IMG/VR virus record: IMGVR_UViG_3300027719_000003 | Location: 9,586-73,585 of that record | Strand: one strand, 5' to 3' | From: a virus | Length of the DNA: 64,000 bases | In this document: positions 63,758-64,000 of the stretch, in pieces | Position numbering within the stretch: position 1 is the first letter of the stretch | Layout of the letters: every line of letters starts with the position of its first letter | Position numbers and translations under genes: made by a program | The notes under the pieces: generated by a model | Told to the model about the DNA's origin: nothing | Database searches by the model: none | Seen by the model: only the letters and a program-made list of their open reading frames with translations

Positions 63758-63845
63758 AAGCGTGATAGATCACCTGTTTGACTGGCTGTCCATGTTGTAT
63801 GTTACGTGGGGACACCGACAATACTGGCGAATCGATCACATAATG

Positions 63846-63874
63846 ATAGTATCATACTTTTTAAGAAATGTCAA
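63846..63874 (-). promoter_or_regulatory. Sigma70-type promoter of the tRNA cluster
   Basis: TTGACA-17 bp-TACTAT with extended TG. Confidence 0.8.
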
Positions 63875-64000
63875 GCCCTACCGTGCTCTGATATCTCCTC
63901 TACTGAGCACCCACAGCCCCTAATCAGATCATACAGCACACCACCACTCTGTACATCAAAGCCAACGTCTCTAATGGCGTCAACTATCCGAAGAGCACAT

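Noticed and set aside
63654-63839. 61-aa - strand ORF
   Set aside because: Overlaps two well-formed tRNAs
1-64000. Genome-wide amber recoding
   Set aside because: TAG terminates many genes cleanly, long genes are intact in code 11, and only dut is interrupted
1-64000. Lysogeny module or integron integrase
   Set aside because: No tyrosine or serine recombinase or CI-like repressor was recognised; one could still lie outside the window

Overview
The window is most of a dsDNA tailed phage genome, probably siphovirus-like; no integrase is visible. Layout: small early genes and a palindrome-rich control region (1-5.7 kb); a + strand morphogenesis and lysis arm (terminase, portal, capsid, tail, tape measure, tail tip, endolysin, holin; 5.8-26.6 kb); and a convergent - strand replication and metabolism arm (26.7-63.8 kb). 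That arm carries a split SbcC/Rad50 with Mre11, a sugar-nucleotide and glycosyltransferase locus, RecA, two SSBs, RNA ligase, clamp and clamp loader, ThyX, a UDG-PolA fusion with a mini-intein, a methyltransferase, DnaB, an SNF2 helicase, primase, NrdJ and 5 tRNAs. The most striking signal is an array of three integron-type gene cassettes with attC sites (41.97-43.09 kb). It sits behind a phage promoter, carries phage-type cargo genes, and has no integrase in the window. Other notable items: a self-contained 6-deoxy-amino-sugar glycosylation module with a GT4-SEC-C fusion; a fully overprinted spanin-like gene pair without lipoboxes; a double-hairpin -1 frameshift signal; an amber-interrupted dUTPase; atypical tRNAs interleaved with structured RNA candidates; and an operator/Fur-box-like palindrome array. 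All product calls come from motif recognition and synteny only; no database searches were run.
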